A DNA stretch of 64,000 nt. Source: a virus. This document shows, piece by piece, positions 38,678 through 48,140 of the stretch (position 1 is the first letter of the stretch; each line of letters starts with the position of its first letter). Below the pieces are notes generated by a model. The model did not search any database and was not told the origin of the DNA. It was given only the letters and a program-made list of their open reading frames with translations. The stretch spans positions 1 to 64,000 of IMG/VR virus record IMGVR_UViG_3300042485_001041, one strand, 5' to 3'. The position numbers and the translations under genes are program-made.

Positions 38678-39258
38678 TACGCAACCCTCTCTAGGTACAT
38701 TCGGTATCTCCATGAGTTTCGTTCGATAAGAGTTTTCTCTTGGTGGCAACTAGCGCAACGAATCACGCACTTATTAATCTCGCGTTGGATTATGTGTGAC
38801 GGGTAATTCTTTAAGACTCCGTTGCTGATGTCGAAAAGTTTTTTACCGCGCACATGGTCGAAGGTTGCTTGAAGCGGATTAATCATTCCGCAATCAACGC
38901 ATGGCTTCTGGTAATAACGAAATACAAGTCTGCGAGCAGGACTCTCTTTCGTTATGTGATTGTGCTTTTGTATCGCACTAACGCATGGTTTACATCTACC
39001 TTCTCGACTTGGTTTGCGCCCTTTGCGATTTGCTAATTGAAATGATGAAATTACTTTCACCTTCTCGCATGATGAACACTTGCGTTTGCCTTTGGCTTCT
39101 AGTGCTAATCGTTTAGCAGTTCGATCTGCCGAAGTTTTACGCTGAATAGACTGGCAACGCTTACACCTTGCGCGTTTTCCATACTTGCCGTCAACGAACT
39201 TATTAAACTCTTTGAGTGGCAAGTCCTTGAAGCAACCTAAGCAGTTTTTAGTACGCAT
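38677..39258 (-). CDS. Zinc-finger/HNH-like endonuclease
   Basis: Repeated CxxC; CVDC...FDHV.G.K...EINKC...CASCH. Confidence 0.7.
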   Translation of the reverse strand: MRTKNCLGCFKDLPLKEFNKFVDGKYGKRARCKRCQSIQRKTSADRTAKRLALEAKGKRKCSSCEKVKVISSFQLANRKGRKPSREGRCKPCVSAIQKHNHITKESPARRLVFRYYQKPCVDCGMINPLQATFDHVRGKKLFDISNGVLKNYPSHIIQREINKCVIRCASCHQEKTLIERNSWRYRMYLERVA

Positions 39259-39966
39259 TTAATCCCAATCAGTAGTTAGTCCTGCGAGAGAGAGAGTTTT
39301 ATACTTTAGATCGTCATGGTTAGACGGCGTTACATAACCAACCACGAATCTACTTCCAGTAGTCGCAACGATCACGCCTCTACGCAATCGACCATGAGCC
39401 TGAACCCATACCCTGTCACCAACGAAGGCGTTATATGGTGGCTTCGCGTTCTGCCAACTACCTTCGTATTGTTCACCAGCAAGCGAGATCAGTTCATTTT
39501 TAATAGCGCGAATCTTTGAAAGTATCTCTAATTTATCTTTCGCCACTTTCATAGTTTTAGCCATTGATCTACCGCGACCGATACCGCACACCACCGCATG
39601 ATGAGTTAGCCAATTTAACTCTGCGTTATCATGCTTCGTGCCGATCTCCCACGCATACGCCGTATAAACATTTACTAGTTTAGTTTCACCATAACCACCA
39701 ACCAGAGAAGCATCAACGCTGTAATGAGAAGTTAACGGGTTGCCATTAACATCTAAAACTTCTCGCATTGAGTATCTAACTTCGGTGATAATTAGTTGAA
39801 AGTGATCTTTGAAAGTTTCTTCATGGAAGATAGTTTCAATAACTTTTATCTCGTGAGTTGTATCCATGAACTTGTAACTATCAGGCTGTCTGCGACCAGT
39901 CCATTCGTTAGTGTGGAAGTGATACTTCTCGTAGCACACTTTGAATCGATCTAAGAAAATACTCAT
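39259..39966 (-). CDS. Hypothetical protein
   Basis: Coupled ORF, 235 aa. Confidence 0.6.
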   Translation of the reverse strand: MSIFLDRFKVCYEKYHFHTNEWTGRRQPDSYKFMDTTHEIKVIETIFHEETFKDHFQLIITEVRYSMREVLDVNGNPLTSHYSVDASLVGGYGETKLVNVYTAYAWEIGTKHDNAELNWLTHHAVVCGIGRGRSMAKTMKVAKDKLEILSKIRAIKNELISLAGEQYEGSWQNAKPPYNAFVGDRVWVQAHGRLRRGVIVATTGSRFVVGYVTPSNHDDLKYKTLSLAGLTTDWD

Positions 39967-40580
39967 GCCACCGAATCCCTTGCTTCGAGAATCTTCTCGA
40001 TTAGTGTTTGAAGTACGCGAGCATCGAACTCGACAGTCGCTATTGGCGTGTAGTCACCATTCGCATCTCTGCGATTACCAACTGAACCGCGAACGCTGTT
40101 AATGCGATCACCGATAATTGTTTTTAGCGCGAGCATTGAAGAATCAAGAATGCGCTGTTGGTAGTTTTCCAACTCTGCTCTCTTGCGTTGCGCCTCTTCG
40201 CGTTCGATACGAGCCTTCTCTTCACGAGCCTGTTCTTCTGCTTCACGAACTGCCCAACGCGCTTCTAGTGACGGATATTCAGCCACGATGTCCTGTGGGC
40301 GTGCGAGCCAGTAAGTCCATTCATCAGGTTTGGTTGCCCACTTCTGAGATCGCACCATGTAACCAACGCTTCGTGCGCCCTTGTCGGCAGGTTGGAAGTT
40401 TGGGTTATGTGGTGAATCAAATCGAAATACCTTGTAATCGTATTTATCTAGTGACACTAATTCCGCATTCGCAAGTGAACCGCGACTTACAGTATCGGGA
40501 TTTTTCTTATCCGATGATGAATAATCCCATGAAGGAATTACGCCGTAGTGAACTCCAACTTTTAATTCGCCTGATTTCAT
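39963..40580 (-). CDS. Hypothetical protein
   Basis: AAGGAG RBS, 205 aa. Confidence 0.6.
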   Translation of the reverse strand: MKSGELKVGVHYGVIPSWDYSSSDKKNPDTVSRGSLANAELVSLDKYDYKVFRFDSPHNPNFQPADKGARSVGYMVRSQKWATKPDEWTYWLARPQDIVAEYPSLEARWAVREAEEQAREEKARIEREEAQRKRAELENYQQRILDSSMLALKTIIGDRINSVRGSVGNRRDANGDYTPIATVEFDARVLQTLIEKILEARDSVA

Positions 40581-40967
40581 TTATTTATTCTCCTTAGTTA
40601 CTAGTTCGATAATTCGTTCGGCAGTTTGATCGAGTGCTACATCAACGATAGTTACATCGCTGTTAACGCTTTTCAAGTGATCTGTAATAACTTTAGTTAT
40701 ACATTTTTCGTAATCGTAATCTTCATCTGTATTTTGATCTAACACTAAGTTGCCGTTATTAGAATCGTAATAAACAGTTACAAGTAATTGTTTTTTCTTC
40801 ATGTTTAGTTTCCCTTGTTTAGTTAAAGAGTTCGCGCACTTTACGCAAACCGAGTAGAGGTAGCCGTCAGGATAAGTAACTTCTCTTTCATTCTTAGAGT
40901 TACTAATAAGTTCTCGGCATTCATAGCATGAGATAAGAGCCTTTACTTTTATTCCCTTGTAATTCAT
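40581..40967 (-). CDS. Hypothetical protein with two CxxC
   Basis: Probable start MNYKGIK after AAGGG RBS. Confidence 0.5.
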   Translation of the reverse strand: MNYKGIKVKALISCYECRELISNSKNEREVTYPDGYLYSVCVKCANSLTKQGKLNMKKKQLLVTVYYDSNNGNLVLDQNTDEDYDYEKCITKVITDHLKSVNSDVTIVDVALDQTAERIIELVTKENK

Positions 40968-41054
40968 ATTCGTTTCCCTTGTTAGTTGGTTAGGGGTGGA
41001 GTGGGGCAAGTTAGTACCAAGCCCCACCCCACCGAGTCACCTAGAGAGTGACAT

Positions 41055-42980
41055 TTAGTTTCGAACGAGTCTGCGAGTGATCGCGTACTTCACGATCTTT
41101 CGAGCCATTCCAATTAGATCGAGTGGATTATTAATAACCGCACCGATCTCGCAACGATGTGAAGTTTCACTATCGAGAACGATCTGTTCGTTTGAATTGG
41201 GAATGTATGCGAACGCCGTTAACACGCCAGCACGAGCCATTCGATCGATCGCATCGTGAGTTTGCTTTAAGTCACCGCCCCATTCTCCGTCAGTAATGGC
41301 GAAGAAAATACGAACTGGTTTATCAGTTTCGGCAAGTAACTTAGTCGCGTACTTAACGGCTTGATCTGGCTCAGTACCGCCACCAGCACCAGCATCTCGA
41401 ATCACGCCAGTTGCTTTATCTTTTGCGCGATACAGCAGGTTAGTATCACTATTGAAAGTGATAACAGTTGTATTCGCATTGATCTTGTCGAGTGCGCGTT
41501 TAATTGCGTACATCGCCTTGTATGCCTTCTCTGCCTTATGACCAGACATCGAACCAGAGTTATCGAGAATGACTACGCATTCGATCTCGCAAGCATCTTC
41601 GATACCTTCATTCCATGAATCGAAAACAGTTTCGATGTCCTCTCCACGCAAGTAACGCCCTGCGTGTAAGCGACCACTCGACTCGTAAGTTTCCCAAGCA
41701 GGGTCATACGATGATTTCAACCGCAACAGTTCACGAGCGAATGTTGCTGATGCTTCAACAGTTTTAGAATCAGGGCGAAGCGAATTAAATCGCTCTAACT
41801 CTGGCTCTTTAGCGTTATTGGTAGCAAGAGAAGGTAAGCCACCAATCTGGCGCATGATGTCGCGGATTTCATCTGCGATCTCGGCACTAGTAAGAATGTC
41901 ATTCAGAGTTGATTGAAGTAACTCTGCTAGTTCGTTACCGACTCCGTCAGAACTTTCATCGTTGATTTCATCGTCACCATAATCTTCGAACTCGACTTGA
42001 TCGATGTCTAATTCGATAGTTGGTTTTGATTTCATCTTCTCTGCGAGTTCGGCATCGTCTGCCTGATCTAATTTAGAAGCACGATCTGAATCGCGCTTCT
42101 GTTGTTTAGGTGGTTGAGGGCGTGAAGCCATAGAGGACTCGATACCTTCGTGTGGGCGATTGCCATGACCGAATGGGTCATTGAGAATGACATTGAAATC
42201 GCCTTCTTTGCCCTCTCCAGCAGGTTTAACTTTGATCTGGGTGCTTCCACCTTCACCAGAGCCGTCACCGCTTCCAGAGCCGTCACCTTTGGGCAACAGC
42301 GTATGGAATCGCGCTATTAATTCTTTCCCTTTTTCAGTATCAGTAGGGAATACAAGTAAGCGATAAGCATCGACTATCTCGCATATTTCAGCGATATTTT
42401 CTTGCTCTGGATACGCATTACGAGAGTTCGCTCTAATTTGAACAGGTAAGTATCTGCGACCACGAAGTAGCGGATACGAATTAACGAAGGCATCTGGCTT
42501 CTCTACGAAGTGAATCAGAATCGTAGAAGTAAACCAATCAACAGTTGAGGGATAGCGAGTAGTAAATAAAGTTTCTATTCGCTGATCTTCAAGTGCGTTA
42601 TATGCCGAGAAGTAATTGTTATCTCTAACGAACTCGAAGATGTCTGAACCTTCTCGTGCTGTATAGAGAATGTGACTGATCTCGTGAAGATCAAGCCCTT
42701 TAAGTCCAGCGATTGATTTAGCATCATTTAGATCGCCAATTAATCGTGAATTAAAAGTTACTTCACTAGCACCAGAGTAAGCAGGTGAGTTCATCGATGA
42801 ATGCTCGACCTTTACAGTCACCTTGCGGAAAGTGAATGCTGAGTTCACTCGACCGAATAAGTGACAGAAGCGTTCGATCTTCTGGCGATGTAGTTCTGCT
42901 TCATCGCGCTGGCGCATTAGCGCACCAGCATCTAGCCCTTGTAGAAGTTCATCTACTTGGTCATGTATTGAACCGCGCAT
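41055..42980 (-). CDS. vWA-domain protein with N-terminal HExxH domain (CobT-like)
   Basis: HEISH, NALEDQRIE, acidic linker, LDNSGSM MIDAS, GGT, TDG. Confidence 0.85.
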   Translation of the reverse strand: MRGSIHDQVDELLQGLDAGALMRQRDEAELHRQKIERFCHLFGRVNSAFTFRKVTVKVEHSSMNSPAYSGASEVTFNSRLIGDLNDAKSIAGLKGLDLHEISHILYTAREGSDIFEFVRDNNYFSAYNALEDQRIETLFTTRYPSTVDWFTSTILIHFVEKPDAFVNSYPLLRGRRYLPVQIRANSRNAYPEQENIAEICEIVDAYRLLVFPTDTEKGKELIARFHTLLPKGDGSGSGDGSGEGGSTQIKVKPAGEGKEGDFNVILNDPFGHGNRPHEGIESSMASRPQPPKQQKRDSDRASKLDQADDAELAEKMKSKPTIELDIDQVEFEDYGDDEINDESSDGVGNELAELLQSTLNDILTSAEIADEIRDIMRQIGGLPSLATNNAKEPELERFNSLRPDSKTVEASATFARELLRLKSSYDPAWETYESSGRLHAGRYLRGEDIETVFDSWNEGIEDACEIECVVILDNSGSMSGHKAEKAYKAMYAIKRALDKINANTTVITFNSDTNLLYRAKDKATGVIRDAGAGGGTEPDQAVKYATKLLAETDKPVRIFFAITDGEWGGDLKQTHDAIDRMARAGVLTAFAYIPNSNEQIVLDSETSHRCEIGAVINNPLDLIGMARKIVKYAITRRLVRN

Positions 42981-42990
42981 GGAGTCCTCT

Positions 42991-43860
42991 CTAAGCGTTC
43001 GCGTACTCGGTTGTAATGGACTCTACGGCTATGCCCAAGTCCTCTTTGATGTTGTAACCAGCACCTTCTAAGAGCATCTTTACAGCAGGTCGCTCTTCTT
43101 CGGTGAAGTTATTAGTAAAGATTTCGCACGCTAGATCGTATGACAATTCTTTCGAAATCTTCTCGAAAGTTTTTAGAATGCGAGATGTAATTGGAGTTTC
43201 GAAGATCGTTGCGTTATTGGAGTGTGAACCACTAGAAGATGTAGAGCGCATTCCGTAAGCAAGATCAAGCAGAGCAGGTGAAGCGATGTATTGACTTTCA
43301 ACAGCGCGATCGAAATCGTAATGAAGTTTGATCTCGAAGCGATCTGCTAATTGCTCTGGTAGTGGTTGAGAGCCACGATAGTTTGGATTGAAGTCAGCGA
43401 TGATTAATAGATCAGGGTGCGCCTTAATAACTTCGCCCTTGTGTCCTAGAAGCGTAATAACACGCGAGAAGTCCAGAAGTGGAAGTACGAAGTGTTTAGC
43501 GTTCTTGGCTAACTTATCGATCTCACCAAGATTGAGAATGCCACCATGACGAACTAAGTTTACGATCTGCGAATCGACCCACTCTAGTTTTCCATTTTCA
43601 TCTGGCACATAAGAGCCTTGAAGTTCCGAAGCACTTAATGAATCGTTCGAAGGCACATTGTAATAAGGCAAGCCACGAAGCGAAGCGATGTATTGAGCGA
43701 ATGAAGATTTACCAGTACCAGAATGTCCGAAGTTAAGGATATTCATTTTGTTTTTGATTGCGTAATCTGCGATTGCGATTTCAGATACGCCAGCGAATGA
43801 TCGTGGCACATAATGCGCCATTGAATCGAGCGAAGGTATAAATTGGTTGATCGTTGACAT
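42991..43860 (-). CDS. MoxR/CbbQ/CobS-like AAA+ ATPase
   Basis: GHSGTGKS, GGILNLGEID, HPDLLII, NPNYRG, LADRF. Confidence 0.85.
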   Translation of the reverse strand: MSTINQFIPSLDSMAHYVPRSFAGVSEIAIADYAIKNKMNILNFGHSGTGKSSFAQYIASLRGLPYYNVPSNDSLSASELQGSYVPDENGKLEWVDSQIVNLVRHGGILNLGEIDKLAKNAKHFVLPLLDFSRVITLLGHKGEVIKAHPDLLIIADFNPNYRGSQPLPEQLADRFEIKLHYDFDRAVESQYIASPALLDLAYGMRSTSSSGSHSNNATIFETPITSRILKTFEKISKELSYDLACEIFTNNFTEEERPAVKMLLEGAGYNIKEDLGIAVESITTEYANA

Positions 43861-43919
43861 GTTATTCCGTTTCTCTAGGTGATTGGTTTGGTTTTATTTT
43901 CTTACTTATTAAGTTGTAG

Positions 43920-44060
43920 TTACGAATGGATAGTGAGTAGCAAGTAACTCGGCATGGAATGGGTTGGGCTTCGCGGTCACTACGGCTAAAGATCAGCGGT
44001 AGCGAAAGGATTGTCGCGCCATGTGATGTCTGGATACAGGTGGTCACTATCCATTCGTAA
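43920..44060 (-). ncRNA. Structured RNA element C
   Basis: Perfect 17-bp inverted repeat TTACGAATGGATAGTGA enclosing a multi-hairpin interior. Confidence 0.55.
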
Positions 44061-44063
44061 TTC

Positions 44064-44336
44064 TTATTCATAGTCAGTTGTAACAGCATCTACATTCTTA
44101 GCGATTATTTTAGAAGCCAGATATACATCTTCTAACTCACTCGCTAATTCTTGGAATTGATTAAAGATCGCGCACTCTTCATCGATCGCTGGACATAACT
44201 TGTCCATGATTGATTGAAGAAGTTCGGTCACCTTCTCTGGTGCTGGTTCATCTCGATCTAACGCGTTCTCTAACGCCATTCCAAGAATGGTGCTGGCGAG
44301 TCCGAGTTCATCGAGTGTGAAAGTAATCTTTGCCAT
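44064..44336 (-). CDS. Hypothetical protein
   Basis: AGGGG RBS. Confidence 0.55.
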   Translation of the reverse strand: MAKITFTLDELGLASTILGMALENALDRDEPAPEKVTELLQSIMDKLCPAIDEECAIFNQFQELASELEDVYLASKIIAKNVDAVTTDYE

Positions 44337-44350
44337 TTATTTATTTCCCC

Positions 44351-45037
44351 TTACTGATAATGAGAAGCGCACCACTTGCCCATGCCAGCCACTACGGACT
44401 TTTGAAGGGTTAAGGTGCGGTGACAATGAACGCAAGTGCCAGTAGCGATACCGAATGCGGAAGCATCAGTAAGTGATAGTCGATCAGTTGCTTTAAGAGT
44501 TGCCAACACTTTTGAATTAAGAGTCCAAGATTTATTTATTGGGTCATACTCTAAAGCGAAGAGTCGATCACTATTTCGAAGTTTGCGTACTGAGTAATAA
44601 GTTTCATTAACTCGATACGCACCGACAGTCGCTTCGATGATTACTTCTAACTTTGGAAGCATAACTAAATAAGTGATAAGCACTTTCGCTTGATCGCGTG
44701 TTAGTTGGTGATACGAGTCAACCGAATAGTGAGTAGTGATCTCAGTAAGTTTCTCTTGCGCCTTCTGGCGAGTTTGAAGTAAGAGATCGATGTATCCAGA
44801 CTGCTTCTCACTAATTCGATCTTCAACCTTCTTAGGACAAGCAAGTAATTGCTCGATGATGCGAGAGGCGTGCTTCTTGTTTACCTGCTCGGCGTTAGCG
44901 ATCTCGAACTCATGTATGCGTTCATCTAACAGGCGTTGAATAAATCGTGCCTGTGCTGGTGAGCAGTATTTAACAGCGAACTCGCCGTACTGATTGCTGG
45001 CAGGTGCGCCAGCAGGTTTGCCTTTAGTAATTGACAC
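44351..45037 (-). CDS. Hypothetical protein with C-terminal zinc finger
   Basis: S..Q..(F/Y)I..LL repeats; CVHCHRTLT...S...GMG..C. Confidence 0.65.
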   Translation of the reverse strand: MSITKGKPAGAPASNQYGEFAVKYCSPAQARFIQRLLDERIHEFEIANAEQVNKKHASRIIEQLLACPKKVEDRISEKQSGYIDLLLQTRQKAQEKLTEITTHYSVDSYHQLTRDQAKVLITYLVMLPKLEVIIEATVGAYRVNETYYSVRKLRNSDRLFALEYDPINKSWTLNSKVLATLKATDRLSLTDASAFGIATGTCVHCHRTLTLQKSVVAGMGKWCASHYQ

Positions 45038-45039
45038 TT

Positions 45040-45324
45040 CTATTCCCCCTCTTCTGAGTTACACCAAGCATCTAGCCGTAGTGACTCGATAATTTGACTA
45101 GCGATCATGTCCGTTCTACCTTCACGAGTTTTTACCTTCTCTGGTAGATCAATTAAGCGATCGTAATCGCCTTCATTAATAGCGTTGATTGAAGCGATAG
45201 CAACTGGAAGCATGATTAGTGGTACTGGTGGATAGCAATTTGATGTTAAGTGAATTGTTAATTGCTGTTCGATTGAATTAACGAACTCGCCAGAAGCAAG
45301 TTCGATTGCGTGAATAGAACCCAT
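45040..45324 (-). CDS. Hypothetical protein
   Basis: HLTSNCYPPVP segment; RBS. Confidence 0.6.
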   Translation of the reverse strand: MGSIHAIELASGEFVNSIEQQLTIHLTSNCYPPVPLIMLPVAIASINAINEGDYDRLIDLPEKVKTREGRTDMIASQIIESLRLDAWCNSEEGE

Positions 45325-45410
45325 TTAGTTATTCCCCTCTAGTGATTGAAAAGTTAATGCGATTGCTGTACCGATTATTGAAGCGATGATTGCGAGTAAA
45401 AAGATAGTCA

Positions 45411-45704
45411 TTAGATCGCTCTCCTTACATAACCTTGATGCTTCGAAGTTGTAGTTGAGTATTTGACATTCGGAATAGTCCAACCGAACTTTCCATGCCA
45501 TGCGATTGGAGTGCCATACGAATACACGATGTAATCGGGGAACTCAGTTGCCAGTTGAAGTGCCAAGTGACTATCTAAGCGACCAGTAGAAGGCGAGAAC
45601 TCTTCACAATTAGGTGAGATCACATAACCAGAGAAGTTGTTACCTTGAAATGCCACGCGATTATGAATTAGTACGCCAGCCTTTTGGTTTGATGATTTAG
45701 TCAT
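45411..45704 (-). CDS. SYGTPIAWH-family protein
   Basis: YIVYSYGTPIAWHG..GW....KYSTTTSKHQG.VRRAI. Confidence 0.7.
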   Translation of the reverse strand: MTKSSNQKAGVLIHNRVAFQGNNFSGYVISPNCEEFSPSTGRLDSHLALQLATEFPDYIVYSYGTPIAWHGKFGWTIPNVKYSTTTSKHQGYVRRAI

Positions 45705-45868
45705 TAGTTATTCCCCTTTAGTTTTCCAGTAAAAGATAATTCGATGATGAATGCTCGGTTATATGCCAAGAAGTTTTCAAGATCGCCAATAGTTTCGAAA
45801 TCCTCTTTACGATTAAAAATCTCTTTGCGATTCCATTGATTAACGATGCGATAAGTTGCTGTAATCAT
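45704..45868 (-). CDS. Small hypothetical protein (not in ORF track)
   Basis: MITATYRIVNQW..., TAATG-coupled on both sides. Confidence 0.5.
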   Translation of the reverse strand: MITATYRIVNQWNRKEIFNRKEDFETIGDLENFLAYNRAFIIELSFTGKLKGNN

Positions 45869-46035
45869 TATTTAGTACCTGCGATCTTCAAGTTCTTGAT
45901 TGCGTTGAAGTCGAAAGTTGAGTAATAACGAGTTCCGTCATTTAGTAGTAAGTCGATGCTCGAAGGTGTGATGCGACCACGAGCGATGATTTTGCCGTCT
46001 TTATCTATGAACACTTGATCGGTATTTTTCTTCAT
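45868..46035 (-). CDS. Small hypothetical protein (not in ORF track)
   Basis: MKKNTDQVFID..., AAGGG RBS. Confidence 0.5.
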   Translation of the reverse strand: MKKNTDQVFIDKDGKIIARGRITPSSIDLLLNDGTRYYSTFDFNAIKNLKIAGTK

Positions 46036-46125
46036 TTCGTTTCCCTTTGTTTTTACTGGTGAAATTGATTATCGATTTGATAACCACCACATCGCACCGA
46101 TTTACTCGATGCGATGTAGAAGCGA

Positions 46126-46506
46126 TCAGATAGTTAGAAGTCGAAGTGCTGAGTGAATTGATTTACCGAGTTGTAACGCACGCTGTTGCGCCTCTTCTGT
46201 CAGTTCAACTCGATTGCCGTCACGAACTGAATTGGGAAAGTAACCCTTGCCAGCGCACAGAAGAGAAGTCCAGAGAAGATCGAGTTCGCTCTGGGTAAGT
46301 GTGATCGTTGCGGTTGGTTCATCGGTAGCAATAGCCGACCAGCACCATGAGCAGAAGCCGTCACGAGTTGCGATTACATCAGTTCTAGTTGCTTGAAGAT
46401 GATTAATACAATGAAGGCTCTGGCACTTTTGAATTGAAGGTGCTGTTGAAGTAATTTCGCCTAGTTTCATTTTCTTTCCATTCCAGTAATGATTAATTGA
46501 ATACAT
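46126..46506 (-). CDS. Hypothetical protein, first ORF of the early operon
   Basis: C....C / CSWC; true start may be the internal MKLG. Confidence 0.5.
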   Translation of the reverse strand: MYSINHYWNGKKMKLGEITSTAPSIQKCQSLHCINHLQATRTDVIATRDGFCSWCWSAIATDEPTATITLTQSELDLLWTSLLCAGKGYFPNSVRDGNRVELTEEAQQRALQLGKSIHSALRLLTI

Positions 46507-46510
46507 CGAG

Positions 46511-47200
46511 TTATGTATTCACCCCACTAGTAACCAGAGATAGATCGCTGTCTATTTACCAGTTACTAGTAGAGAAAACACATAAGCAGATAATTACTAA
46601 TTGAGTTGCCCAGTTCGTTCACTATGCTTCATGCGGATTGGTTACCGATTGCGCTGTTATTAACAGATAGTCCATGTGAACTGGATTCAATCTCCATAAT
46701 TATTTTCCCTAAGCCATATCTGCTATTCACAATTAATTTCTTAATCGTTGGAGTTGTTTACATTTAATGAAGTTAATCGCTCGTTATTAGTAGTAATCGC
46801 TAGTTAATAAATAGTGGATTCTATTTATTCATTCATCGCGTAGTAATAAGTTTTCGCAATTAGATTTTCATCTCTTGAATTATTCGCTCGTTATTCGTAA
46901 TCGCATTCACTAATAGCATCTAGTAGATAGATCGCTTTCGCCTTAGTTAGTTATTAATCGAGTTCATTGGTACAGAACACAATTAAAAGAATGCGATTCG
47001 TAATCGCAGATTTTCTTAGCCTCTATTTAATTAAGTTATTTAGTAACGATCGCCAGTTGAGTACCGCGCCTTAGCGTTGTTAGTTCGGGTCAGTTCACCG
47101 ACCATTACTAAATAACTTTGAGCATTTTTCACTTCTGATTAATAAACCGATCAGTTGCCCCTAGAGGATTCTGAAAAGATCGATCGTTGGTCGCGTGCGC
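46511..47200 (-). ncRNA. Long hairpin-rich untranslated leader or ncRNA cluster
   Basis: No ORF; long stems at 46511-46585, 46586-46723, 46806-46829 and 47033-47118, two of them with minus-strand G-U pairs. Confidence 0.5.
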
Positions 47201-47209
47201 TATGGGAGA

Positions 47210-47239
47210 AATGTACCACTCAGCCCGATCAGTTGATAA
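47210..47239 (-). promoter_or_regulatory. Candidate early promoter
   Basis: Minus strand TTATCA-18 nt-TACATT with extended TG. Confidence 0.4.
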
Positions 47240-48022
47240 CAGGCTCGATCTATTTACTCCGCGTTGCCGATCTAATTGTTAAGCCGAATGAGCGTGCGTG
47301 GGATTGAGCGTAAATACACCTGAGAGGGCGTAGAAGGGGTCTAAGAGCCGAGTACCCCCAGTTTGAAGGTAATCACCCCAGAGCAGGTGAGATCGTGGCT
47401 CATAGGGCGCGTGTGGAGAGGGGTGTTTATGCGTTAATGTCCGAATTGCCCGATATATGTAAGTCCACGCCGACAATGTGAAAGTTAGATAGTTAGATGC
47501 GCCGATGCGCCAGAGCCAGATGAAATTGCGCCGATGTATTTTTTTTCTCAGTATTAACAATTTAATCACTAAGAGAGAGTAGAGAAGATAAGAAGAAAAC
47601 AATTAAGAGGGAGATGTAATTAATTAATGATTAGTAGAAAAGATTATCCATTAGTTGATCGAGTTGATTCAAACAGCAGATTTAATTTATTGATGTGGTT
47701 AGCGAAGTACCAGATGAATAACCCCGATGTAGTAGAGATAGAGATTGATTCACATAACTATTAATAAATAATAATAAATAATAAATGATCGATGTGATGA
47801 TGTGATCGATGTGAACTCGAATAGCAGGTGGTTAGTACCTGATAACAACTGGGTGGCACACCTGACAGTCTGGTGTTACGCGCACAGCCACGCCACTTGC
47901 CAGAGCAGTAGCCGAAGATCGTGTCACCAAGATTGTCACCAAGTTAGTTAATCAATAACTATTTACGCTCATGTTAACTAGTTCGCACCTGACTAGTAAT
48001 CAGGAGTAATTGTTAACACCGA

Positions 48023-48047
48023 CCCCCACCCCCTACCCCACCCACCC
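48023..48047 (-). other. G-quadruplex-forming motif
   Basis: Minus strand GGGTGGGTGGGGTAGGGGGTGGGGG, five G-tracts with 1-2 nt loops. Confidence 0.6.
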
Positions 48048-48140
48048 TTAATCGCACGCACGCAAGTGCCGAGCCAGGTGTCAGACACGGTTGACGACTT
48101 TTACGCTGAGGCAGTGCGGATTTTAAGCCATAATCGCCAT

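Noticed and set aside
43862-44089. 75 aa minus-strand ORF in the track
   Set aside because: Overlaps the upstream gene and runs through the 17-bp inverted repeat element; better explained as structured RNA.
47279-47602. 107 aa minus-strand ORF
   Set aside because: No RBS, atypical composition, lies in a low-complexity AT-rich intergenic region.
33700-47900. Minus-strand block as an independent integrated element or prophage
   Set aside because: The composition shift extends into nrdJ, AGCT/CCGG avoidance is shared, paralogues link it to the rest of the genome, and no flanking att duplication was seen. Not fully excluded.
48066-48140. 5' extension of the 48066 ORF
   Set aside because: A -10 element directly before ATG 48141 favours the shorter leaderless start.
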